Shown here piece after piece: positions 8,601 to 16,900 of a DNA stretch of 21,370 bases; within the stretch, counting starts at the first letter, position 1, and each line of letters opens with the position of its first letter. This DNA comes from Microcoleaceae cyanobacterium (GTDB lineage: Bacteria > Cyanobacteriota > Cyanobacteriia > Cyanobacteriales > Microcoleaceae): NCBI GenBank assembly GCA_051652765.1, contig JBOFUV010000092.1, positions 1 to 21,370 of the forward strand, given 5' to 3'. Under the pieces are notes generated by a model that did no database searches, had not been told where the DNA came from, and saw nothing but the letters and a program-made list of their open reading frames with translations. The position numbers were made by a program, and so were the translations under genes.

Positions 8601-9086
8601 TTCACCTGTTGTGACTTCAAGACTCCAATTTCCTCCCAGAGATGAACTGCCCGTTAAGGTCTGAGAGGCAGCAATATTGGCTCCTGTTAACTGAGCCAGA
8701 CCATCAACGAAATTGCGACCGTGCTCTCCTGCGGCAACACAGCATCCATAGAGTAAAATTTTTCCAGTCTGACCGAGGGCGATTTTCCACTGTTGGAATT
8801 GCTCTTTATAGGTTTCTAGGGTTTCTAAACTGAGTTCGACATTCCCGAGGCGTAGTCTTCCCGAAGATCCGTGGGACAAAATATGTAGCGATTCAATGTC
8901 CTGGTATTTCCCTAGGGCTTGGGTGATCTGAGTCACGCCATCTTGTTCGGAGCTGAGAAGAACAACACTGGCTTGAGGATCAATACCCTGAACTAAACTC
9001 TGATAGTCAGAAATGGATGAATCAATAACAACAACAGTCCGATCAACTTCAAACACTCTAGTATTCATACCTGAATTTACTGACAT
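2676..9086 (-). CDS. Large secreted/surface protein: DUF4347 + L-type (legume) lectin-like domain + nine Ig/cadherin-like repeats + RTX (haemolysin-type) Ca-binding repeats
   Basis: N-terminal LHILSHGSSG...ILLYGCCVA...GGNWSLE (DUF4347); ADGISFFLID...GGSLGYA...GYLGIGFDAFGNF...FKFGFAGSTG (lectin-like); many GGxGxDxL nonapeptides; C-terminal GADVIVDFTDGEDVL typical of T1SS substrates. Start uncertain (GTG 9095, ATG 9086 or ATG 9068). Confidence 0.88.
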   Translation of the reverse strand: MSVNSGMNTRVFEVDRTVVVIDSSISDYQSLVQGIDPQASVVLLSSEQDGVTQITQALGKYQDIESLHILSHGSSGRLRLGNVELSLETLETYKEQFQQWKIALGQTGKILLYGCCVAAGEHGRNFVDGLAQLTGANIAASQTLTGSSSLGGNWSLEVTTGEVNQILPFRSEVLRAYTSVLILLVDETFVNADLSFQPPFDDQLRWIFGTGTTSDTPSDLENPFLTARPDRAPQEGGIPGVPAGFTPDLEGAGALRLTSNASEQAGFVIYDFPVRSDAGLKLEFEFFAYGGTGDKRADGISFFLIDGDASPTTSGGFGGSLGYAPRIDQGKPGLEGGYLGIGFDAFGNFANPRASEGRIGGPGSTPDAITIRGSEADGYDFITTTGVLPIGIDTDVNARNQESRRTVEILLTQDGLLSVSLDLDFDQVIEPNELLINNLDVKADNGDFPETFKFGFAGSTGTGTNFHELRSVRIQTLQEPPVLDLDRTTTPGVNFETGFTEGQDPVAIANQSLIEDADDDTLEVATIRLTNPLDGSLESIGFNEAAQTLVDQLGLTVNADGTTIEINGSASLEDYEAIIDGIVYNNASINPTTTPRTVEVIVRDKAREDGFNSDLAIATIAITDIPNELPETEDVVGNFIRPTDVQVPLLPLQGSDADGFVTGFRITQLPTQGTLFLDGTPLELNAVVPADRAGDLTFTPSPEPPFNFALFQFAAIDNEGGEDPTPATYIIPSIANFPPVADKIFLDPVNNQASQVPVIPLLNGVDVDGTVEQFSLKQLPSEGRLFFEGQPITDIDQLQAVEIEQATQLTFTPDSDFIGADFFEYIVTDNEGLRSLNTGVVTIPIVTGGIFNQRPTVENITVEPPVRNPAVPVVIPPLIGEDEDGTVEFFTIDRLSSNGQLLLAGQPVTGLGQVAQLTEAQSRQLTFLPNPNFTGTATFSYTATDDDNEQSLNPALIAIPTNPNQPPVATTINNPDILSNSIQVDLNSLIGSDSDGEVVGFRIVNFPLAGQISLNGEALIDPNQLIPISLADSLTFTSTPSFKGLTGFNYVAIDNENAVSNTAGFNIPVINRPPIVEDIFNSEIDVNQTQAPLSTLQGIDEDGVLVNFRVVDLPDNGQLFLGNQPITDTALLIPLDQADELLYSPNRDFVGTDNFRYVATDDDNAESLPGTFRIPIVSPIPANIPPETDDITAPDVSNRTAQPVSIPALSGSDVDGEVVRFEIQSLIPDLAGELFLAGEPVQLNEPVLIDQADQLTFQPNRDFVGEAVFTYAAIDNQGAFDLTPGTYTIPVFQGNLPPIADDITLDEVRNTHTVDLPALTGSDEDGTVEGFIITELALNGQLVLNGQPIQVDDLIDFEDAEQLEFIPDRDFVGEVTFQFLAVDNDDETSVEPGTVTIPLVANTPPIAESVTVPQFTNGVNRVEIPPLIATDPDGTIEGFTLITLPEVDEGTLFLAGVAVTDLSQVQNLSGEQASTLSFSPNPNFVGELLLGYFAIDNDGDSSNSVDIILNVTQQQSPPIDNNLAPIAEDLLLEDIPRDSDGVDVPALTATDPDGEVVSFDLISLLTPSEGELFLDGLEITDLSQVQDLTLDQADQLRFSPDSNPSEAEFTFTYQATDNEGAVSNVATVRLVLEDEDRGEFEGLCNFCSAMTITGITLPTLPFPLEPLAGNSVAVTLPGTEANDFLVGSDADEAVLGFGGNDILLAGGGNDNVLGNSGSDLLDGGDGNDFGNGGTANDVLFGSLGVDSLVGEAGNDTLFGGTNRLSSPDLAGTDLLTGGDGNDFLGGNENNDSLDGGADNDTLYGGRGEDLVYGNDGNDIVFGNLDNDTLVGDPGQESSVGGEMSQDTLFGNQGNDVMQGSIGSDRLYAGQGNDFGYGGKDNDELRGELGNDTLFGDLGDDTLFGDTNDSDQVPVGQDILLGGSGNDFIQGNRDTDTLKGGEGNDLIRGGQEDDLLSGEAGDDQLLGDRGNDELCGDAGNDTLFGDIGSDQPVGSSGSQDSLCGGAGNDLISGNEGQDLLCGDTGNDTLFGGKDNDTLVGGEGNDRLLGDLGNDTLAGGAGLDQFVLVVETGADVIVDFTDGEDVLELLGGLSFLDLTLEQRGESVVIQVGTELLVTLNQVSLSSITEVDFTSGATV
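4195..7208 (-). repeat. Nine tandem ~110-aa Ig/cadherin-like repeats within the DUF4347 protein
   Basis: Recurring NxPP...LxGxDxDGxVxxF...LTFxP...FxYxAxDN units starting NELP, NFPP, NQRP, NQPP, NRPP, NIPP, NLPP, NTPP, NLAP. Confidence 0.85.
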
Positions 9087-9293
9087 AGCCTGCACCTGTA
9101 CCTAATCAAAATGAGGGATCAAAGCACATAGGGGTCTTATACTTAAGCAGTTACATTTTATACGAAGTCAAAGCGTTTTAGGGAAATCGGCTATGGTCTT
9201 GATCAACTCAGACTTTGGAGAGACCGAACTATATCTTTGGTGATATATTGTATGTCAAGTTCTTGACCTACTGTGAAATATTACTGTATTTGA

Positions 9294-11573
9294 TCAGCCC
9301 TGTTTGATTGGAATCTCAATCACAAATTCAGTGCCTTTGTCTAAAACTGAATGACACGTTAACTGCCCCCTATGTTTTTCAACTACGATTTGATAGCTGA
9401 TGGATAATCCCAATCCAGTGCCTTGCCCGACATCCTTAGTGGTGAAAAATGGATCAAAAATTTTGTCCTGAACTGCTTCAGAAATTCCTCCCCCATTATC
9501 TCGAATCCGAATTTGAGCTGATTTAGACTGTACTTTTTCAGTTGTGATCCAAATTGTTGGTAATGTTGTCTGGACTGTTGTTTGGAGTGCTGTTGAAGAT
9601 CCTGTTGAAGGTGTTATTAAAAGTTCAGGAAGGGGAGAATGATCTTGAGTTGCAAAGTGGGTTTCTAGGGCATCGATTGCATTACTCAAAAGATTCAGTA
9701 ACACTTGGTTGAGCTGGCCAGCATAACATTCAACCCGAGGTAACTCTCCGTAGCGTTTAACGATCTGAATTTTAGGACAGTTTTGAGGAGTCTTTAAACG
9801 GTGCTGCAAAATCAGTAAAGTACTGTCAATCCCTTCATGGAGATTAACTGACTTAAACTCAGCTTGATCCAATCGGGAAAAATTGCGTAAGCTGAGAACA
9901 ATGTCTTGAATCCGACTGGTTCCTTCCGCCATTGAACTGAGTAATTTGGGCAAGTCTTCTACTAGGAACTCTAATTCACTAGCCTCAATGCGCTCTTGGA
10001 TTTCTGGAACGGGTTCAGGATAATATTCTTGATACAGGTGAAGAATCTCTAGAATATCGGCAATGTACTCTCTGGCATAAGTAACGCTGCCATGAATAAA
10101 ACTTACAGGATTATTAATTTCATGGGCGACTCCGGCAACCATTTGACCCAAACTGGACATTTTTTCTGTTTGAACGAGTTGCGCTTGAGTCTGTTTCAAA
10201 TCTTTCAAGGCATCGGAAAGTTTTTGAGTGCGTTCTTCCACTCTATCCTCTAGTTCTACATTGGTTTTTTCTAGGGCAGTGAAGGAATCCTCTAGCTGTT
10301 CCGCCATCTGGTTGAAAGAGTTGGCCAAGATGCCTAGCTCTTGAATTTTGTACTTCGGGACTCGTTGATGGAGATTGCCAGAGGCGATCGCCTCAGCCGC
10401 TTTTCCCAACCGGAGAATGGGCTGGCTAATCCAGCGAGCGGTTAATAACCCGAGCGCTATAGTTGCCCCTAGAGAGGCCAGAGATAACAACAGGGTTGTG
10501 CGAGTATTGGCATGAATTTGGGCCATGAAGTCTGACCCTGGGACAGTAACCACGACAACCCAGTCCAAGCCAAACTGATCTCGCCACGGCGTAACTTGCA
10601 CAAACCGTTTCTGACCTTTGTCGATAAAGTCATGATGTTGGTGAACCTGGATCGCAGCAAAGGAGCCTACCGTTGCTTTCAGATGTTGGGCAGTCGCCTG
10701 AATCACTGGATCAGCACTATCAAGGGCGTTGATCCGCTGAGCTTCTCCGTTGACCACTCGATAAGTTGGAGCAGAACCAGAATTTCCAATCAACAGACCA
10801 TCCCGTTCAATAATAAAAATTCGTCCTGACGGACTCAGCTTAAACTGTTGTAGAAAACGATTGATATCTGACAGGAGTAAATCCACACCAAAAACACCGA
10901 GGAGTTGATTGTTTTTGTCATACATTGGGGCGTTAAACGAGGCCGTAATATAGCCTTCAAATCCCTCAGCCGTATAAATTTGACTCCAGATGGGTTTTCC
11001 GGCTTTGGCCGTTTCTGCATACCATTCATCTTGCTCAGCATTGTATTCGTAAATGTCGATCAACTGAGTGCGATTGCCTTTGGCATCCGTAGCATAGACA
11101 TAGTCTTTGTTGCTGGTTTGAGCGTCAATAATCAGACCATAGCCCTCTAACCAGCGTCCTGCCCCCACTCCACCATAGTTTTTGAGATAATAGCCAACAT
11201 AGCTAACATGAGGATGAATCTGAGCCTGCTTCCAGAGGTGGCGACCTGCAAGATTAAAATCTCGACCATCAAAGAGTCCAGCAGCGATCGCATCAGTCCC
11301 CGCCGCCACAATCTGACGAGGAACCAAAAGATATTGATCGAGATGTTGGTCAACCTGATCACTGGTTTTGTCCATCAACTGTTCAGCCAAGTCATTAACT
11401 GCCGCCTGACCATTGCGAAAAGAAAGATACCCAACCAGTCCAACGACTCCACAGACTTGCAACACAAAGGGAACAATTAGCAAAGCTTGGAGAGGAAACT
11501 GTCTCCAACTTTTTCGGAGGGGAGAAGGCGAGGCTTCAGAAGATGTGACAATCATCCGACAAGGATTCTCCAT
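9294..11573 (-). CDS. Membrane sensor histidine kinase (TM - Cache-type sensor - TM - HAMP - HisKA - HATPase_c)
   Basis: TM LLIVPFVLQVCGVVGLVGYLSF; Cache motif WY...GKPIWSQIY; HAMP ISQPILRL...ELGILANSFNQM; H-box AGVAHEINNP; N-box NQVLLNLLSNAIDA; G1/F/G2 boxes DNGGG, IFDPFFTTK, GTGLGLSIS. Start uncertain (ORF is open to 11684; ATGs at 11573 and 11555). Confidence 0.93.
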   Translation of the reverse strand: MENPCRMIVTSSEASPSPLRKSWRQFPLQALLIVPFVLQVCGVVGLVGYLSFRNGQAAVNDLAEQLMDKTSDQVDQHLDQYLLVPRQIVAAGTDAIAAGLFDGRDFNLAGRHLWKQAQIHPHVSYVGYYLKNYGGVGAGRWLEGYGLIIDAQTSNKDYVYATDAKGNRTQLIDIYEYNAEQDEWYAETAKAGKPIWSQIYTAEGFEGYITASFNAPMYDKNNQLLGVFGVDLLLSDINRFLQQFKLSPSGRIFIIERDGLLIGNSGSAPTYRVVNGEAQRINALDSADPVIQATAQHLKATVGSFAAIQVHQHHDFIDKGQKRFVQVTPWRDQFGLDWVVVVTVPGSDFMAQIHANTRTTLLLSLASLGATIALGLLTARWISQPILRLGKAAEAIASGNLHQRVPKYKIQELGILANSFNQMAEQLEDSFTALEKTNVELEDRVEERTQKLSDALKDLKQTQAQLVQTEKMSSLGQMVAGVAHEINNPVSFIHGSVTYAREYIADILEILHLYQEYYPEPVPEIQERIEASELEFLVEDLPKLLSSMAEGTSRIQDIVLSLRNFSRLDQAEFKSVNLHEGIDSTLLILQHRLKTPQNCPKIQIVKRYGELPRVECYAGQLNQVLLNLLSNAIDALETHFATQDHSPLPELLITPSTGSSTALQTTVQTTLPTIWITTEKVQSKSAQIRIRDNGGGISEAVQDKIFDPFFTTKDVGQGTGLGLSISYQIVVEKHRGQLTCHSVLDKGTEFVIEIPIKQG

Positions 11574-11713
11574 GTCGTCCTCCTGATAACGGGCTTGAAC
11601 TATACCGAAGAGTTTAGAGCACAGTCTCTCAGTTGGATTCACCCGATTGGGTCTCTTTTGGGCAGCCTTCAGATTACCCCGCAAAGCAAACTTGGAACGT
11701 CAAGCACTTGGTG

Positions 11714-12412
11714 CTAACAATACTTGGAAACATCCTCACCACAATCATCAGCCAAATAGGAAAGGGCGCGGAATCGCAATCCCACAAGCTGCTCATACAG
11801 AGGGTTGAGCTTGCACATCGGCGGGATATGCACGATCTTGCGACCAAATAGCTTCACATCTCGTTCAAAGGGACACTGAGGCGGAATCAGCTTACAGATA
11901 AAGCGAGCAACTTTAGGATCTTGCAAATCCCAATCTTCTAGCCAACTTTTGACAGGAGCCAGCAAATCAACGGCTGGGTCGGCAGCTTCAGGGTGAGCAA
12001 CGAGAGAAGCTCCTGTAATTGCTTCTGGCTGGGTATTAGGGATGCTTTCAATCGTATGCTTCAAGGCATCCAACGCCTCGACCTTCAGCTCCAGCGCCAA
12101 GCAGAACTGCTGTAAAATCTCATCCTCGCAAAATGAATAGATGCCATCCGCTAGGGCTACCATAACGGCTGTTCTCAAAAAATTCTCCCCCATCGTTGTA
12201 CCCTTACCCAGAGCGATGGCCAGATCTTGGGGAGAAATCGGTTCTAGCGTGGCAACGTCTGCATCTGTTAAGAGTTCATCCTGCGTCAAAGAGATAATTA
12301 ACTGCTTCTCTTCTTCATCAAAGCGTCCATCTATCCACGCCAAGGTCAAAAGCCCCCGTAACCATGCAGTCGTCTGCTCCGGGGTATAGGTAGTTTGAGT
12401 TGTGTTCACCAT
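11714..12412 (-). CDS. Mo-dependent nitrogenase C-terminal domain protein with TerB-like N-terminus (conserved cyanobacterial protein, not itself a nitrogenase)
   Basis: AWLRGLLTLAWIDG and FLRTAVMVALADG (TerB-like); CKLIPPQCPFERD...IPPMCKLNPLYEQLVGLRFRALSYLADDCGEDVSKYC signature. Confidence 0.9.
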   Translation of the reverse strand: MVNTTQTTYTPEQTTAWLRGLLTLAWIDGRFDEEEKQLIISLTQDELLTDADVATLEPISPQDLAIALGKGTTMGENFLRTAVMVALADGIYSFCEDEILQQFCLALELKVEALDALKHTIESIPNTQPEAITGASLVAHPEAADPAVDLLAPVKSWLEDWDLQDPKVARFICKLIPPQCPFERDVKLFGRKIVHIPPMCKLNPLYEQLVGLRFRALSYLADDCGEDVSKYC

Positions 12413-12437
12413 AGCTTCTCCTCTCAGACTAAAAATC

Positions 12438-12456
12438 TCCTATCCAATGGATAGGA
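12438..12456. promoter_or_regulatory. Perfect 19-bp palindrome TCCTATCCA-A-TGGATAGGA, operator-like
   Basis: 9-bp arms with a 1-nt centre, about 25 bp upstream of the start codon at 12412. The regulatory role is inferred. Confidence 0.4.
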
Positions 12457-12490
12457 TAACATTTCAGCTCAGAGAGACTGATAAGAACGC

Positions 12491-12514
12491 AAAAGCCTAC
12501 AAGTCACCGTAGGC
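12491..12514 (-). terminator. Possible intrinsic terminator after psrp3
   Basis: Minus strand reads GCCTAC-GGTGACTT-GTAGGC-TTTT, 36 nt after the stop codon. Confidence 0.45.
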
Positions 12515-12550
12515 CCTAGCTAAATAGTAAGCAGCTAACAGACAGCGTGA

Positions 12551-12850
12551 TCAGCTACTACCTGTGAAAACTACCTCTGGAAATTTCGCTTGAGCTTCGC
12601 CCATAGGACGACCTTTACCCTCTTCCTGCCAGAAATTAATGACTTCTGTCGCTCTATTGAGTAACTCAACCCGTTCAACTTCTGAAATCCAACGCTTGGA
12701 TTCCATCTCATTTTTAAGCTGTTCCCAGGCATCATTTCTAGGCCAGAAAAAGTACTGAGTTAGAGGACTCGTGCCTTTTCCTACCACTTGATCAACTGCT
12801 AATGCCACGTTGTCATCCAACCAGAGAACTTTGAGAACGAACCTTGACAA
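12551..12850 (-). CDS. ycf65: 30S ribosomal protein PSRP-3 (Ycf65-like)
   Basis: [43 protein letters not shown] signature. A TTG start at 12850 is preceded by GGAGG (12860-12856). Confidence 0.93.
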   Translation of the reverse strand: MSRFVLKVLWLDDNVALAVDQVVGKGTSPLTQYFFWPRNDAWEQLKNEMESKRWISEVERVELLNRATEVINFWQEEGKGRPMGEAQAKFPEVVFTGSS

Positions 12851-12942
12851 TGAAACCTCCAACACAGGCCCAAATACTGAAACTTCACAATGATCAACTA
12901 TAGCGCAGAATAGAACTGATCAGTGGTGATGGAGAATTTTCT

Positions 12943-13743
12943 GTGAATACTGCTATGAATACCTCGGTGACTGCAACTGTTATTTTTGATATTGACGGGG
13001 TGATTCGCGATGTCGGAGGTTCCTATCGTCGAGCGATCGCTGATACGGTTGAACAGTTTACAGCATCAGCCTATCGCCCCAGCCAGAACGACATTGACCA
13101 GCTCAAGGCCGAAGGACTGTGGAACAATGATTGGCACGCCTCTCAAGAACTCATCTCTCGATATTTTGAAGGTCAGGGCGTTTCCAGAACTCAAGCCAAT
13201 CTAGATTACGAGGCTCTAGTCGCCTTTTTTCAATCCCGGTATCGCGGGTCAGATCCCCAGAACTGGACAGGGTATATCCGTTCTGAACCCTTGCTTTGTG
13301 GTAAAGACTATTTTGAACAGTTGACCCAGGCTAGCATTTCTTGGGGGTTTTTTAGCGGAGCCATGCGAGATGAAGCACTCTATGTTTTGCAGGGCAAACT
13401 TGGGTTTTCTAGCCCTGCCCTGGTTGCCATGGAAGATGCCCCTGGAAAACCCGATCCGACTGGGTTATTTCAGGTTGTCCAAGGATTGGAATCTGAGCTT
13501 GCAGGCACAACTCCTGTGATTTACGCGGGGGATACGGTTGCTGATCTAAAAACTATTGAACAAGCCAGACAACAACAGCCCCGGCGACAGTGGATTGGAG
13601 TTGGGGTATTGCCGCCCCATGTGCAAGACACTAAAGCACAGGCCCAAGCCTACCGCACCAATCTGCAAAATGCCGGAGCAACTTTAGTGATTGATAACAT
13701 TGAGGAACTGACTCTAGTTCAGATCGAAAGGCTAGTTCAATAA
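12943..13743 (+). CDS. HAD-superfamily hydrolase (TIGR01548-like, cyanobacterial)
   Basis: Motif I FDIDGVIRDV, GLWNNDW, GKPDPTGL, motif IV YAGDTVAD, GVLPPH. GTG start with upstream GGAG, or ATG 12955. Confidence 0.9.
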   Translation: MNTAMNTSVTATVIFDIDGVIRDVGGSYRRAIADTVEQFTASAYRPSQNDIDQLKAEGLWNNDWHASQELISRYFEGQGVSRTQANLDYEALVAFFQSRYRGSDPQNWTGYIRSEPLLCGKDYFEQLTQASISWGFFSGAMRDEALYVLQGKLGFSSPALVAMEDAPGKPDPTGLFQVVQGLESELAGTTPVIYAGDTVADLKTIEQARQQQPRRQWIGVGVLPPHVQDTKAQAQAYRTNLQNAGATLVIDNIEELTLVQIERLVQ

Positions 13744-13925
13744 ATCAAGAAGTTAGCTCAACCTTCAGTCACTCCCCTTCTCACATATCATCCCTGATCG
13801 CTATGGTGAGATCATGATTTATGAAGCCATGCTCCAACTGATACTTAAATGATTGGCTGCTTAATCTTTGTTTACAGATTATGCTGATTAAGTTGGGTCT
13901 ATGAGGTACGTTTACGAATTACCTC

Positions 13926-16900
13926 TTACCAGGGTGTCCCAATCAGGGTAAATCCAGCCCAGTAATAGGGATGAGCAAGGCTCTGGGAATCAATATCTGC
14001 CAGTTCAGGGGGTAACGGAATCGATCCTTGATTTGTGATTAACTGGCCCGATTCAATCCGAACCTTGCCCTGAATCATACTGACCTGAGCCTGCTGTAGA
14101 GCTATAGACTTAATCGGGGCAGTTCTTAAAGCGGCGTAGAATTCACTCATCAAGCCTAAAGTTCCCTGATCACTGACGTACCACAAACTGGCGATCGCCG
14201 ACTTTACCCCAGCCTGTACCGCTAACCCCGCAAATCCCAACTCCGCCTGACGGTCTCCTACCGCTGTTCGGCAGGCACTTAAGACCAATAGCTCCAAGGG
14301 CGGTACATCCCAGTTGAGATTGGGCAGTTGAGTCAGGGGCAGACGACCGTCCCAAAGCTGAATGTAGGAGTTTTTCGGGGCTCCTGGTTGAAAGTCGGCA
14401 TGGGTTGCCAGGTGAATGATGTCATATTCCGTCAGCCGGCGCTGCACCTTCAAATTTGCAAGGGTGAAGGATTCATTTAGGAAGGTTTGACTCGGCCAGA
14501 GTTCGGCAATGGTTGCAACTTCTAGCGGTACCGCAGGCAGAGGATTTTGATCCCTGAACGTACTGGCTCCCATGGCCAGAATATCTCCCTGCCGCAAGGA
14601 GTCGTAGCGCGTGTTGATGAAACTGGTACTGGGAATCAGGCTGTAGCTATACTTTTCAACCAGGAATTGTTTGCCATCCCAAAGCGCCGCTAGAGGGAGA
14701 CTCCGCAGTCCCGGCCCGAGAGAAAATAACAGAGTGGTTGCCCCCATTTGTTGGAGATCGGCTGCAATCGGTTGCAGAATCCAGTCATGAAGTTGTTGGG
14801 CAGGCCCTTGATAGCGATTGGTGTCCCGTTCCCTGGGATTAGTAATGCTCACTTGCAACTCTCGAATCACCGGAAATAGCTTCTCTGAAGTAGCTTCAGG
14901 CACACTACGACGCACTGGAGAGCCAGAGGACGGAATCAAAATTAGCTCTAACTGTTCCTCACGGGCGACAACGTAGACAACGACATAGACTTCTCTGGTT
15001 TCTCCTTCAATCCGTTTGAGGACTTCCTGAATCGCTTTTCGGTCAACTAAAGACGTAGTTAGCCCCAAATATTCCTCAAATTCTCGATTCCAACTCCGTT
15101 CCACAAGCAGCAAAGTCGTGTCAAGATTCCCACCTTGAAAGGCAAAGTCGGAAGACGCAATTAAATCACTCGGGTTAAAGCTGATTTCACCCGAATCATC
15201 CCCCGGATCGATGGTAATCCCAGTTTCATCCGAGGCTTGATCCCGAGAAATCAGATCTCGACCAATGGCGATCGCCTCCCCTTGTCTCAAATCACCGTTG
15301 GGATCGCCATTGATTGGCAGTTCAGGGTCAGGAATTAGCGGATCGTCAGTTTGGAAGGCAATATTGCCCTCCGTTGCCGAACGGGGCAAGGTCGTTGGCG
15401 CAGTAACTACGGCGGTGCCACTCGTAATTGTTCCGGCAGTGCCGTTGACCCCAGGGTTTCCGACTTCAAAGGCAGCGACAGGAGCGTTTAACTCTCCACC
15501 GGCATGACGAATCGTAATCGATCCGCCGCCGTTTGGACTACCTGTGGACAGACTCGCAGTTCCCGTAGGAGAGAATGGGGTGGGAAACGTCTCTGTAGCG
15601 CGGAAAAACCGACTGGTGGAGGTGATCGAAATATTGCCTCCGACCCCTTGAGTGCCGCCTTCTGAACGAATCGAACCCACTTCAATGTCCCCTAGGGGAT
15701 CAAGGATGACGTTCCCGCCGCTGCCGGGGGAACCACTAGCGTTGATTTGTCCGGCCCGAATGGCCGTCTCTGCCTGGATTGTAACAGCTCCTCCGGTTGT
15801 GCCTGTTGCAGTCAAATTTCCAGTGGCGATCGCCCCAGCAGGCGCAGTCACGGTGATAGCACCCCCAGGTTCTGTGGGTGAGGTCGTACTTAGGCTGCCT
15901 GTGGTTAAATTTTGTTGTTGGCTACTGAGGGTAAGGGTTTCAGCGGTGATGTCTGCCGTGGTTAGGGCTTGATCAGTGGTGATGTCAACGACACCGCGAC
16001 TGAAGAGTGAATTGTTTAAAATCGTCGTTCCCTCGGCCTCAACGTCAACGCCCCCGGAACCCACGGTAATTGGCCCCAGTCCGGTGACGTTGCCACCCAG
16101 AATCTGCAAACCGTTCAGGGGTAAGACGTTACCCACGGTTCCTAAGGTCACGTTCCCGAATCCGGCATTCAGGGTGAGCTGTCCCGGCCCCTCGACTTCA
16201 GGAGTTAAGACCAAGGCTCCATTAGTGCTGTCTGTTTCCAGGGCTACGGTGTCGCCAATCACGTTAACCTGGCTTACCCTGGAGAAATCCAAGCCTCCCC
16301 CTGAGAACACGTCCCCTGATAAACTAACGATTCCTGCTTGCAGGTCTACTCCAGCTAATTCTCCGCCATTCTCACCGACGGAATCTAAGGTGACCGTTCC
16401 TCCAGTCCCGGCATTTAGGATGAGGCGATCGCCCACTCCCGTGATCGGACTGTTATTGAAGAGAATATTTCCAGGATTTAAGGTCGTCAGGGTCACGCCC
16501 GTGGTCAGAACTGTTCCTCCCGTTGCCCCGGTAAAGTCCAGGGTGTCATTGACGGTTAAGTTCCCGTTCAAGGTTGTTGTTCCACTGGTACGAACTTGTA
16601 GACTGGATAAGGGGTTGAGGTTCCCCACGGTAAACAAACCCACGGTTCCTGTCCCTGCGTCCAGGGTTAAACTGGGACTGTCTGCAACGGAATTCGTGGC
16701 ACGGTTAATCGAATTGCCAAAGCGGATATTGCCACTGCTTCCGGTTCCAGTCGTGTCAAGGGTAACGGAATTGTCCAACACCACGGGAGCGTCGAAGTTC
16801 AGGGACCCTCCTTGGCCCGCTGTGGCTGAAACAGTCAAGTTCCCGCCCAAGGTCACCGGGGTCTCCGAGGTGAACGTCACCGTTCCCCCTTGGGAGGTCG

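Noticed and set aside
9150..9163. NtcA-like site GTA-N8-AAC upstream of the DUF4347 gene
   Set aside because: Imperfect consensus and no properly spaced -10 box.
9179..9187. TAGGGAAAT (and CATAGGG at 9127) matching the left target guide
   Set aside because: The right half matches neither right guide, and short matches of this length are expected by chance in 21 kb.
11714..12412. Nitrogen fixation locus
   Set aside because: The domain name is misleading: this is a widespread cyanobacterial protein and no nif genes are present.
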